64,000 bases of DNA from the human T2T-CHM13v2.0 reference genome, Homo sapiens, in assembly GCF_009914755.1 (NCBI RefSeq), contig NC_060942.1. One strand, written 5' to 3'. Position numbers and translations under genes: made by a program. The notes below the pieces were generated by a model. That model saw nothing but the letters and a program-made list of their open reading frames with translations, did no database searches and had not been told where the DNA came from. Positions 1 through 51,321 of this stretch are shown piece by piece. Each line of letters begins with the position of its first letter. Position 1 is the first letter of the stretch.

Positions 1-515
1 TTATCATGAGGAAATATCAGAAAACCCCAAACTGTGGGTAATTCTCCAGAATCAGTGTCAGGTTAAAATATGTAAGTGCCCAATTTTTTTTGAAAACTTA
101 AAAAAAAATACCTTTTTAAGTTACAGGCACATTATGGTGGATCAACAATACTTCCTTGCTTTGATATTTTTAAATGTGAAAGGATATTTATAGGCAGATA
201 ACCCGAAGCTGAGAGCTAATATCATAGAAGAGTGAACATTTTAAAAAATCATAGGGCCAACAGCATGAATTGAAGCTAAAAGTTTATAAGGTATTACATT
301 GGCATGGAAACAATATTCCTACTGCTCTCCCCGGTTAAACAACACTAATTGAGGTACACTTGGAAACTAGAAGGTATCTGGGGATATAGTTCAGTGTGCA
401 GAGTGAGAATTCTAGTTCATCTCAAATGTTGGTTTTAATTCTATCATTTCAATATTCAGCGAAAGTACATGAAAAAATTAAAGATTCAGCTTCAAGAAGT
501 TTACACACAACTACA

Positions 516-690
516 TTTTTTCTTTTTTTTTTTTTTAAGACAGAGTCTCACTCTATTGCCCAGGCTGGAGTGCAGTGGCACTATCTCAACTCACTGCAAC
601 CTCTCCGCCTCCCAGGTTCAAGCGATTCTCGTGCCTCAGCCTCCCGAGTAGCTGGGATTCCAGACACATGCCACCATGCCCGGCTAATTC
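516..690 (-). mobile_element. Alu right monomer
   Basis: poly-T followed by AGACAGAGTCTCACTC...CCCGGCTAATT. Confidence 0.9.
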
Positions 691-3062
691 ACAACTACAT
701 TTTGAAGAGGTAGCCACAGTTTCAGGCAGCCAGGGGACAGCAAAGAAAATTAGACTGCCATACCAGTCCAAGGAAGATCATAAGACCAGAAGTCCATTGA
801 GGAGGCAATTTCATGCAGGGAGAAAATTATCAACACCAAATACATCTACATAATATAAAAACTATAATTACTGTTACCTTTGTTGTTAGGGGTATATGTG
901 TGTGTGTGTGACTGTCTAGATTCAGTGCTAGTTTTTAACGTTGGCCAAAGACCAAAGGCCATAGATAAAGCCTTTATCTAAAGCATTATCTAATGAAAAA
1001 AGCTTTATAAAGTATTCAATCTCTTCATTTTAAGTTATATAGAAATTTAGAATCTGCTGTGATAAAACTCCTGACAGATAATTTTCTTTACGACATTAGA
1101 TTGAAAACAAATTCAGACCTATGTTCAAGAAAGGAACTTAGATGTTGATTTGTAACATGCCCATGTTATGATTTGTAATTTTAAAAAACACTATTTGTAA
1201 TGTAGTCTTGTAGTTATCATCAAAAATGCCATGTAAAAAACTGTATGAAATCATAAGTCTGTAGATCAGGTTCTCAGTCTTCTTTTTGCCTACCTTTCTT
1301 CCTTTGAGCAAAGTCTTATTTAACAAATTCTGATTCTTGAAGTTCCTTGTCTTGAAATCATTAGTTTTTTTTTTTTTTGTCTGTTTGTTTGTTTTTTTTG
1401 GTTTGTTTGTTTTTGGTACAATTTGGTGCCCAAAAATCCTAAAAAAGGGGCAGCAGGAGTTTGAACTACTTCAGCTCTGAAATTTAATTATGTGGATATA
1501 AGCCTCTCATTCTTAGGAGAATCAGCAATCTTTCGCACATCTGGCATGAGAAATATAGTATTTTAAGCCATTGGTGCTACATCTGTCAAAGCCATGTGCT
1601 TTTCCTAATTGTGGTAAGGAATAAGTAGTAATAATTGCATATAAATTCCACTCCCACCCCCCAGTTTTTGTTGCTTTTCATTTACTTTTTAACTCCTAAG
1701 AAAATAATGTGTCTAATTTTAAGGTGTAGGAATCTTAAGGTACTGTTCTTGGCTTTTGAAGTATAGTAGGTGATTTCCAATGATGAATGAAAATCAATTA
1801 AGCAGTTAGACCAATCAGGGAGATTAAAGAAGACTTACTTGGTTAAGGTGGAGTCTGCCTATTTTTCCCATGAAATTAAGTTATTTGGGGAGGTGTATTT
1901 TGAGATGTGTAAATATCATGTTTTTCCTCAAACTTTCATTCACTAGGTTTAGCATCCATGAATGATTTTCTAACTACATTATTCCTTACACATTTACTGG
2001 TTGATAGCCCACTTAAGGATTGAGACCTTTATTCTCCAGAAGGCATGAGCTAATCTTTATTATTTTATAGGTAAGACCAGCCTATCAGGAGAATGGTGAC
2101 TGCATTAAATAAGCTAAAGTTTTTGGAAAACTAAGTACTGAAATAACTTCCTACCTGTAAACGTATTCTCCAAGTGGAAGATTAAAATATTCATTTGGCA
2201 TGTAAAAGTTTAGTTCAAGAATTATAAATATTGAGCTGTGAAAATGTTCTATGTATATAAACACTTATAAAAGTACAACTGAATCACAAATTTCCCTGGG
2301 TTCAAACTAATCTCTTTTTTTTCCAATATCCCTTTCTCTTCTTTAAAGCCCTTTAAAAGCAAAAGGGGCAAGGAATCTCCTGTATTTCATTGATTCTGAG
2401 ATTCTATAGACTGCAAGAAGTCTATTTAGAAAGAACAGTCAATTAAACTGTGATGACAAAAAATTGAAAGATGCATATCAACTTTAAAAGTGTTTTTTAA
2501 AAGGGAGAGAAGTTTCATCTTAAAATAGATGACAACTTTAAATGGCTTCAGAGACTCTAAGCCAAAATATAAACAGCAAAGTACTACGATGTTCATCCAT
2601 AAGCTAGTAACTAGTAGTCCTTGAAAGGATACAGAGGAAAAAAAACCAAAAGGCAGAAAAGGCCCTAAACCCCTTTCTTTAGCTAAATTATTCTTTACAG
2701 AATTTATAAAACATTTAAAGATTTTCATTGAATTAAAATTTTTCATGAAAAATCAAAGAGTCATAAAATAGGAGGGCAAATTAAACATAGCAGAATTTCA
2801 TATTTTGGTTTATAAATGATGCCTTTTATCCATGTGGGGTGTGTGTGTTTGTATGTATCATCACAAAAGTAAATTGCAAGTAGTTTGTCATTCATTCATG
2901 TAAGTTTCATTGCATAAAGATTATACTTTAAACATTTCTTACATTTCCTTTATAATTTAAAAAAAACCTCTTAAGTATGTAAAAGTATAAATTGAATGTA
3001 CAAGCGAACTTGTGTAGATTTTTTTTTTTTAGTTCAGATAACATTGCAAATATGAAGACCCC

Positions 3063-3421
3063 TGTATTAGTCCATTCTCACACTGCTATAAAGAACTAAC
3101 TGAGACTGGGTAATTTATAAAGAAAAGAGGTTTAATTGACTCACAGTTCCACAGAAGTCATGGCTGGGGAGGCCTCAGGAAACTTACAATCATGGCGGAA
3201 GGGTGAAGGGGAAGCAAGTATGTCTTCATGTGGCAGCAGGGAAGAGAGAGTGGGCAAAGGGGGAAGTGCTACACACTTAAAAAAAAAAAGCAGATCTCAT
3301 GAGAACTGTATCACAAGACAGCAAAGGGGAGGTCTGCCCTCATAATCCAATCACCTCCCACCAGGCCCCTCCTCCAATTTGACATGAGATTTGGGTGGGG
3401 ACACAAATCCAAACTATATCA
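3063..3421 (-). mobile_element. MaLR solo LTR (THE1/MSTA-like)
   Basis: TGTATTAGTCCATTCTCACACTGCTATAAAG...GGGACACAAATCCAAACTATATCA termini typical of THE1/MST. Confidence 0.88.
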
Positions 3422-3607
3422 ATCTCTAAACTGAGGGTCACATTCAGATGAAATCTTTCTCTCCCTAATTTACTATTATGCTAATCATGTATAATTTGCA
3501 TTGTTTTTATTTTTATTTACTTTTTGATAGCCTTACTGAGATAAAATTCACATATCTTACAGTTCCTCCATTTAAAGTGTAGAATTCAATGATTTTTAGT
3601 ATATTCA

Positions 3608-3790
<183 letters not shown>

Positions 3791-4213
3791 TTATTCATTT
3801 GTCCATTGATGAACATTTGGGTTGTTTCCACTTTGGGGCTATTATGAATAATGCTGCTATAAACATTCAGGTACAAGTATTTCTGTGGGCATACTATTTT
3901 TTCCCTCTTAGGCATATAACTAGAAATGGAACGATTGGGTCACATGGTAAATCTATGTTTCATCCTATAAAGAATTGTCAAACTGTTTTCCAAAGGAGCT
4001 GAACCATTTTACATCCCCACCAGTAGTGTAGGAGGGTTGTGACTGCTCCACATCCTCACCAACACTTGTTGTTGTATGAATTTTTGATTCTAGCTACCCT
4101 GTGGATATGAAGTGGTATCTCATTGTGGTTTTGAATTGCATTTTTTCTGATGACTAAGGCTGTCTAGAATCTTTTCAATTCATATTGCCTGTTTTTAAAA
4201 TTGGGTTGTTCTT

Positions 4214-4540
<327 letters not shown>

Positions 4541-6060
4541 GGTTGTTCTTATTATTGAGTTTTAAGAGTTCTTTATGCAGTCAAAACACCAGTCCTTTGT
4601 CAGAGATATGATGTCCAAATATTTTCTTCCATTCCGTAGGTTGTCTTTTCACTTTCTCGATGGTGTCCTTTGAAGCACAAAAGGTTTCAATTTTTATGAA
4701 ACTTCGATTTACTACTTTTTCTTTCTTTGTTCATACTTTTGGTCATATATAAGAATCCTTTGACAAATCCAAGGTCAAGAAGATTTGCCTGTATGTTTTC
4801 TTACAGGAGTTTAGTAGTTCCAGTATGACACTGTCTTGATTGCTATTAGTTTGTAAAAAGTTTTCAAATCAGGTAGTGTGAGTCCTCCTTTGTACTTCTT
4901 TTTCAGGATTGTTCTGGATATACTGGATTCTTTGAAATTTTATATTAGATTCAGTTTGTCAATTTCTATATAGAAGTTGGCTGGAATTCTGACAGAGATT
5001 GCATCGAATCTGTAGATCAGTTTGGGGAGGATTGCCATGTTAATAAAGTTTTCTGATTCGTGACCACATGTGACCACAGGATGTTTTCATTTATTTATAT
5101 CTTAATTTCTTTCAACAATGTTTTGTAATTTTCAGAGTATAAGTTTTACACGTCTTTTAAGTTTATTCCTAGTTTTTTTGATACTATCGTGAATTGTTTG
5201 CTTAATTTCATTTTCAGATTGTTCATTGTGTGTAGAAATACGATTTTATTTTTTTGTATATAGAACCTTTATCCTGAAACCTTGTTGAACTCATATTAGT
5301 GCTAGGTGGATTCCTTTAGGATTTTCTACATACAATATTATGTCTTCTGTGAATAGTTTTACTCCTTCTCTTCTGATCTGGATGCTTATTTCTTTTTCTT
5401 GACTTATTAACCTGACTAGAACCTCCAATACAATGTTGACTATAAGCAGTGACAGCAGACATCATTTTCTTTATCCTGATCTTAGCAGGAAGTACCCAGT
5501 CTCTTACCATAAAGTGTGATATTAGCTGTGGGCTTTTGATAAATGCCTTTATCAAGTTAAGAACGTTCTATTCCTCATTTGTTGAGTGTTTTATCATGAA
5601 AGGGGTTTGGATTTCTAGTGTGTCTATGTGCTTAAATAACTTTGCTTAATAACTTTGGATTAATATTGTACTAAGGTAATCAATAATCTATGTTTTATCT
5701 AAATATACCTGATCATGCCACTACACTCTAGCCTGGGCAACACAGTGAGACCCTATCTCCAAAAATGAAATAAAATAGTAAAATAAATCTGAGATACTGT
5801 TCTGGGTGAGAACTGCTATACATAACAAATGGCTTGTAAATCTTCTAAAGAAGCTTATCTCATTCCATAAAATAAGTTACCAGCTTTATGATAAGGTTAT
5901 ATGTACATAAAACAGTTAATTCCTGAAATGGCATACATTTATTAAAGGGAATCATAGTAACAACTGCTTAGAGCACTCTGAAAAGCAAGTACATTGGACC
6001 AAAATGAGGAAGCAATGAAGCAATTATATAAAATGCGGGTTAATATTCTTATTCTAGGAA

Positions 6061-6764
<704 letters not shown>

Positions 6765-9597
6765 TAATGGGGTTCCAGTTGGCCTATGCATTTATGCCCA
6801 GGCTCCCTGCCATTGTCTGTTTTGAGTTAAATACCCATTTTTAAAAGTAAAAGTCACCTGCAGTCGAGGCTAAACTCATGCAGCAGCATCCTTAATACTG
6901 TCAATGTGTCAATTCCTTTGAGATAATTATGTGACCAGGGAAATGAAACTATGATACTATCTCTACTATACTTTGTCACAGGGAGATTACAGGGATCTAA
7001 TGAAGGAGTTCCTTTTTACTGGAAACCCCAGAAGAGCAGGTATTAACAATTAATATATTTGATAATGCCCCCCAAAATTAGAACCCTTATTACTAAGGCA
7101 ACTCAATGACCCATTCAGGACTCTAACAGGAATCATCTTTGTGATGTGAAATTAGAAACTTTTAAGAGAACAAAAGCAATCAAGAAAAACAGTACTAGAA
7201 TGACAGATAGGACAAAATTTATAAACAAAATACAAGAGAAAAAGCACCTGATAAGATCCTTTAATGACAACTTCAAAGCAGTGTTTCATATTCTCTTACA
7301 AAATAGTGCCATCCATCTCCAAGTTTTGCCAAGTGTCATGTAAAACTGTGTTCAATGGTAGACTATAAAAGCATCTACATTTCTTTGCCAGAGGGTTTTG
7401 GAATAATTATCTGCTGATGCTTCAACTGAAAGTTTATTAATATGATCAATGATTCCTATAATTAAGCACTAGAAAGACTGTTTCCACAATTTAATGGATT
7501 AAACAACTGGACATCCCAGCTAATTTCAATATCACATTTGAAGATGGTGACTGCTCCCTCTTGGATTCATTAACACTACTTTATTACCACCTCCTGTTTT
7601 TCCTCCCTTTCCTGTTTACTACTCTACCTTCCAGGTTCCTCTTTTCCCAATTCTTTAATATTTCTTAGGATTCCCTAACATTTGCTCCTTAGTTTCATTC
7701 TCTCCCTTTATATTCTAAAAATTCCCATTCATATACATATTTCAGTTTTCATCATCTAAACAACTCCTAGTTCCTTGCTTCTAGCTCTAAGCTCTAAAAT
7801 CACATTCCTGGCTTTTTACTTACTAGACATCGCCACCCAAATACCAAAAATGCAATTTAAGGCAATGTACCCAAAACCATATTCATCTTCCCCTCTGAAC
7901 GTTCTGCTTCTCCTAAGAGCTACTTCTATATTCAATTGTAAAAGTGAGAACCTTGTGAGACATCACAGACTTCTCTATGCTCGCTCCTCCCATAAATTAA
8001 GGAGAAAGTTTGATCTCTTTCACATGGCAAGAGGAGCTTCACCTTACCGTCTCTACTTGCTCTTTCAGCTTCTCCTTCACTTCCCTAGAATGTCTCTTAC
8101 ACTTAACTCCCACTCTATGAACACACTATGCACTTTTCCTTTACTTCAGCTAAATTATCTTCCTTACCTTCCTCAACTGCATATTCCTACTTTATCTCTG
8201 ACTCAACCCAAGCATCTCCCCTTGGACCCTGAGAATTTTTTCAACATTGTATTTAATGATAGAAACCAAATAAACTGGCTTAATACTAGAGACAAAATAC
8301 TTGTATTACAGCTCACAATCTAGTAGTCCAAATAAGACTACAGATCATTACAAGTAGCTTGATAAGTATCCGGATGAAATAATGGCAAGGTGTCATAGCA
8401 GCTGAGGAGGCGTGCACAATTGTTATGATTATTCCCGGTATCAGTTTTCCTTGGACTGAGCCTTGTAGATAAGCAGGAATTGGTCAGATGGAAAAGTTAG
8501 GTCAGAGGAAGGCATGCGATATTAGGGTACGTTCTGCTACCTGGTAATACAGCACAGCACACTGGAGAAATGAGGGGCATGGGGAGGCTAGAGGAGGAGA
8601 GATTACATTACAAAGACCCCATAAAGAAAAGAGAACCAGCGGCCATGTGGGAGATACATGAGAGAGGCCAGAGCAGAAACAAAGAGACAATTAGGAGGCA
8701 CTGCAGTATGCCAAGCAAGTAATGATGGCCTAAAAAGCAGTGACAGCTGAGAGCAGGATACAGAAGATACTTATCCTTGTTCCAGATACAAAGTAAGGCG
8801 CATCTTCAGAACAAGTCTAAGAGATAGATGTTCCTATTTTTACACAAGAAGAAATTTGAGCTCTGAAGGATGTTACTTGCTCAAGATGACACAGCTAACA
8901 AGTGGAAGAGCAGGGATTCAAACTTCAGAGATTTTGCTCCTAGGTAGTATGATGAGCCAGTATCTCCAAATGCGTGTCCAATTATAAACCAACAGATCAT
9001 GTTTTCACAATTAATTCTGGTCTGTTCAACTTAGAAATAATTCCAAAATAAAATTCCTCTTCCCATAGAGAAGCATAGCAAGCACGAAGGAAAAATACTC
9101 TAGCAGTTTTAACATTGCATATCCTTAAGATTTTAATATTCCAAGCTGTGTACAATTTTAGTACATTCAAATTCTAAAGGTTATCTCTTTATCTTATAGT
9201 TCTCTAATTACACATTCTCCAACTAATAATTTTACATGGACCACAAAGTTTAAAAGCGATCTTATTAGCCTACAAATCTCCACTGTCCTCTTATTCCTAT
9301 AGTGCTGAGCATGTTAAAAAAAAAAAAAAACCTTATTGATCAAAAATAAAACTTGAATTTTGAAACATGCTTAAAATGACATCAGTAGTCTTCCTTAAGA
9401 AGTATAGGCTTAACTGGGGAATAGTCAATATTTTAAAATTTATTTACTATATGCATGTTATATATACTTGCTTTATGTGTATTATAAAGCATAATCTATA
9501 TTTACAAAACTGTAAAATACACACCTCTAATAATGAGTTTTAAAGCTAAATGAGCAAAATATTCCTCTAGTTTTTCTTTAGCAGTTCTGTGAATGGA

Positions 9598-9893
<296 letters not shown>

Positions 9894-10080
9894 TGGATTT
9901 CTTACTCTAAGTTACTTATCTTAAAAAAAAAATAGTCTAAGATTACAAATTATCAGTTCCAGAAGAGATATACCTAACACAAAAATTAACCTACTAAATT
10001 GAACTATATGAGTATCAATACAAGCAACATGAGTAAGCCTTAAATTTCATGTTTTTAAAGCTTACAAAGGGTGTAACTAA

Positions 10081-10104
10081 TTTATTCAACTCCAACACTT
10101 TATT
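10081..10104 (-). terminator. Candidate distal TXNL1 polyadenylation signal pair
   Basis: AATAAA on the minus strand at 10099-10104 and 10081-10086; use cannot be shown from sequence alone. Confidence 0.35.
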
Positions 10105-10302
10105 CTTATTACAGAATCAAAGCTTTTAGACATTAAGAGGAACAAGGGAGGATCTGAACTATTTTAGGTTTAAAAGCCCATGATCAGGGATATTAATTGC
10201 AGCCATAAATAAACTGCTGAGGCCAAATAAACAACTGCATTCCTATAATCGCTGCCAAAAACACTGCATACATCCTCAAACATTGAGACAAAGGATGGCA
10301 GA

Positions 10303-10710
10303 CAGGTTTCAACTCTAATTGTTAAGTGGCTGCCTCCAACAGAATATTGAGACTGGGGAACAATGTGGGGCAGGTTTCAACTCTAATTGTTACGTGGCTG
10401 CCTCCAACAGAATATTGAGACTGGGGAACAATGTGGGGCAGGTTTCAACTCTAATTGTTACGTGGCTGCCTCCAACAGAATATTGAGACTGGGGAACAAC
10501 GTGGGGCAGGTTTCAACTCTAATTGTTATGTGGCTGCCTCCAACAGTATATTGAGACTGGGGAACAACGTGGGGCAGGTTTCAACTCTAATTGTTACGTG
10601 GCTGCCTCCAACAGTATATTGAGACTGGGGAACAACGTGGGGCAGGTTTCAACTCTAATTGTTACGTGGCTGCCTCCAACAGAATATTGAGACTGGGGAA
10701 CAACGTGGGG
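10303..10710. repeat. Minisatellite, 6 tandem copies of a 68-bp unit
   Basis: Unit caggtttcaactctaattgttacgtggctgcctccaacagaatattgagactggggaacaacgtgggg starts at 10303, 10371, 10439, 10507, 10575 and 10643; only 3 variable positions. Confidence 0.97.
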
Positions 10711-11962
10711 CTTGATGTCAAAGAGAACTCAGAAGGATTATAAAAGCCTGTCGTGGGCACAAGAATGTGGTACCTTGTGCTACTCTTGGCTTCAGCATTA
10801 AGCTGACAAAGACTTCCTACTGCAATACCTGACTTTCGTTTCTATTATGAACACGATATTTCACTGTTGTTTCTCATCAAAAGCACCTGATGTCAATGTA
10901 ACAAAATACAGAGATCATGAAATTCTTTTTTGCTATGTCCGACAAAATGAACAAGAAACTGAATACCAGTTTTCTAGATGCACTAATAAATAACTTCAGT
11001 TAAAATAACTAGAGTTACATTTTTTCAAATGCTCTTATTCATCTGGAAAATTCAGTGTTATATATAAATGTTACATATACATATGTGTATATATATATAC
11101 TGTTTTAGGAGAAAACAGCATTTCAGCTTGATATTTTAAATGCCAATTATGCACATTTATAATAGTAAGATTTCCCATTAAGTGAAACGTTATAGTTACC
11201 TATAAACGTTCATTTTTCACTATTTACAATTTGAATTATGTAATGCTTGCATACTGCAACTAATTGTTATAGAAGAGTCACATAGACAATATAAATCTGA
11301 TGTCCAATCCTTTACAAATACGAAATTTGTTTCACTGGGTTTTCAAACTATCAAGTATAAATAGGAAAAGGTCAGCAATACTTAGGATGAGGCACTTTAA
11401 CAATTACTCAGAAAGGTTAAGTGTACAAAACTGTAAACCAAAACCCTGCATATTAATCTTATCCTTAATTTCAGATGTGATTAGTCTGAGATGGTCTATT
11501 TAAGGAGTGTTAAGATCATCAGACCAGTTAATGTGCCCATATACAAATGAACTAAACTATCTAATGACACTTGGGTTTCAGAAAGGGACTCTTTCAACAC
11601 TAAAACTTCTGTAGAATTTTTTCATAAACAAGTATAAACACACTGCTCTCACAAAGGCAAATGGTATCTCTACCATATTCCTAGACAAGAATGCCCTCAA
11701 ATGTTTAACTGAATCACAATTTTACAGTCTTATGTACTCTTTAAAAATAGTTTTCAAAATACTCAGAAATTTTAAAATTAAAACTACCAATACTTTTTAG
11801 ATTACAATTTTAAGATAAAAAAGGTAACGAATAGATATTTTACCAGCCTTTTGTGAAAGACCTTTTAAACATTTCTATTTGAGCACCTCATTTTCAACCT
11901 TAAATCATGTTCTCTGTATATTTACACTGCACGTTTTGGTAGTTCAGGTAATAAATACTTGA

Positions 11963-12287
<325 letters not shown>

Positions 12288-12807
12288 TGAATTCACTATG
12301 CTGTATTTTTTCCCCAACTGTCTGATTTCCACATTCTTCTATTAGTTAAAAAAAAAAAAAAAAAAAAAGGCTGACTCAAATTTTAAAGTTTACCAGAAGA
12401 GATTAAAATCTTGATATATACCAAGAAAGAATCTGTGGACCCATTAGCTAAGTTTTAGGTAAGAGTAGCTAAATCTCATTAAACCTGTTTATTTCTTCTA
12501 ATTTATAATTTGAGTAATTTCCATAGCTCAGATATACAAATGTCCTTTAATAAAAATGCAGTAATAATTTAACATGGTTAGCTGTTCCAGGTTCACTTAT
12601 CAAAATAACTTGCCATGAATGTGTACACATGTACTTCTTAATTCCCTAGAACAGTTTCTCCTTTTCTAAAGAAACTGGCTTTCAATCAATATACTACCAG
12701 ACACTTAAGTCTCTACTAAAATCAGAAGTTAACCAGTTTTCAAATACATGGAAAGAGAAAATACTGATTTAGAATGACAAAAATTAAGCTTGGCAAAAGT
12801 GGTGACT

Positions 12808-12883
12808 TTTATTTACAATTGCATGTGTCAAGATTACAATGGAAACACTAGTGATACCATCTGAACAAAAGCAATGATTTATT
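12808..12883 (-). terminator. Proximal TXNL1 polyadenylation signals (AATAAA x2)
   Basis: AATAAA on the minus strand at 12878-12883 and 12808-12813. The second is preceded by TGTA and followed by a U-rich element (TTAATTTTTGTC, about 12776-12787). Confidence 0.7.
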
Positions 12884-12988
12884 GGTAATGGCAATGAATG
12901 AAACATTGACAGTCTCTGGCGAGAATCAAGCAATTATCCAGGAGCTGTAGATCTGATTGCAATATGGTTGTCCAGTGTCTTTTGTACC

Positions 12989-48412
<35,424 letters not shown>

Positions 48413-49643
48413 CCTCACAGAGAGCCCGGCAGGGTGGCCGCGACGCCACTGGCTTTGAAACTGAAGGAGAAGACGATCTGGGAGAGGAAGGAGAGATGCT
48501 CAGGAAGGCCGAGGCCTGGACAGAAGAGGTGGCGACCGCCGAGTCTTCTCCCGGGACTCTCAGTGCCGAGTCACGCCAGGGAGCGGAGCGGCCGAGGGGG
48601 CGGGGAGGGATGGGGGAGGGGAGAGGAGGAGGATGGGAAGGCGTGCGGCACCCAGCAGCCACCGCGCGGCAGGGCCCCCGGCGTGACGTTATTTCCGCGT
48701 CGTCCGGTTTGGCCTTCAGCGCCCAATCCCAAAACGCGAAGCGTAGTCCCACCCTCGACTGAGTAGCCTCGCGCTAACTTGAGCGGCGCAGGCGCAGAGG
48801 AGACGTGTAGAGGTCACGTGCGCAGGCGCAGACTGAGACTCAAAAGTTGGCATATGCATCCGCGTTTCCCAGATCTGAGGCTTTTACGGAGGAGGTTTCT
48901 GATTTGTAACAGTAGAGAGGAAACTCGTTTTACCCCGGGGTTCTTAGCTGCTGTCCAGGGCACCCACTGGAAGTACTTTGAAGATGCTCCTGTACTGTAT
49001 TCGGGGCAGGTCTACACACAAGACAAAATAACGTTTAGGAATATTTATTAACAGACTTAATTACATATGGGGCGCTTTCTGTGCAGTCATTCAGAAAGTA
49101 TCGTGCACCTGTCTTTAGGTTTTGACCAAAAAGATGAAGACACTATCCCTCCTTTAGGAAGTTCACGGTCTAGTGACCGACGCAAACAATAATTTGAATA
49201 GGAAGCGGTGGAGACTAACGAGATGGAAGGGTGGGGCAGGGTAAACTTGCTAGGAATCTGACTCCTGGATTGAATCTTTAAAGAGAAGCAGGGGTTAGAT
49301 GGATGGTGAGAGGTAATATTCCAGGCAAGGGGACCACCAGGTGCAAATGCATGAGTTGAGAGGGTGGATAAGAAGAATAGCTAATATTTACCACATGATG
49401 TACCAGGCAAGACATAAGTTCTTTATATGTGTACTAGTTCATTTAATCCCTGTGAAGTAGGTTCTGTGATTTCAAGTCAAGGCAGGCTAACGCCAGTGTA
49501 CTCTTTTAAATATTAGGCTAGGTGGCAAATTATCTGTCTTTGGATTTAGCTGGGGAGATGAAATTGGAGGGAAGGCCAAGGTCAGATAATGACTAGCTAA
49601 GGAATTTGGATTTTGTCGGGAAGAGAATGGAAAAATCATTTCA

Positions 49644-50705
<1,062 letters not shown>

Positions 50706-50899
50706 TTGCTACTTAAATTTTATGGCCATGCACAAACTACTAACCTCTCAGAACCTCAGCTTCCTTGTCTGTGAGCCTTGGATTAATAACACCTGCCTTC
50801 TAGGATTGTGATGGTAAAAGGTTATATTGGATGATGTTTATAAAGAACCAAATCATAAGATACTTGATAAAAATGTTTATAAACAGTGGTGTCTATTCA

Positions 50900-51321
50900 G
50901 CTAGTCAGCTAGGGTTGCTATAACAACTCAGTCTTTGGCTATAACAATACCAAAGACTGAGTGACTTAAACAGAAGAAATGTATTTCTCACAGTTCTGGA
51001 GACTTGGAGTCCAGGATCCAAGTGCTGCTGGTATTGGTTTCTCCTAAGGCCTCTCTTCTTCACTTTTAAATGGCGGCCTTCTCACTGTGTCTTCACATGG
51101 CCTTTTCTCTGTGCACACACACACACATGCACATACAGTACTAGTCTGTTTCTCTTCCTTACAAGGACACCAGTCCTATTAGATTAAGGATCCACTCTGA
51201 TGACGTCACTTAACTTTAATTACCTCCTTAAAGGTCCTATCTCCACTTAGCGTCATATTGGGGGTTGGGGCTTCAACCTATGAATTTGGGTGGGGTGAGG
51301 GAGCACAATTTATCCAGAACA
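50900..51321 (-). mobile_element. MLT1A-like MaLR LTR
   Basis: TATTTCTCACAGTTCTGGAG, AAGGACACCAGTCCTATTAGATTAAGG, GCTTCAACCTATGAATTTGG. Confidence 0.82.

Noticed and set aside
962-980. Near-palindrome TAGATAAAG-C-CTTTATCTA
   Set aside because: 9-bp arms in AT-rich DNA are plausible by chance or trivial local slippage.
7775-8323. 182-aa plus-strand ORF
   Set aside because: Non-ATG start, pyrimidine-rich degraded repeat-like DNA, no recognisable domain.
10303-10710. Regular repeat array resembling CRISPR
   Set aside because: Units are contiguous and near-identical with no unique spacers, there are no cas genes, and the context is mammalian; it is a minisatellite.
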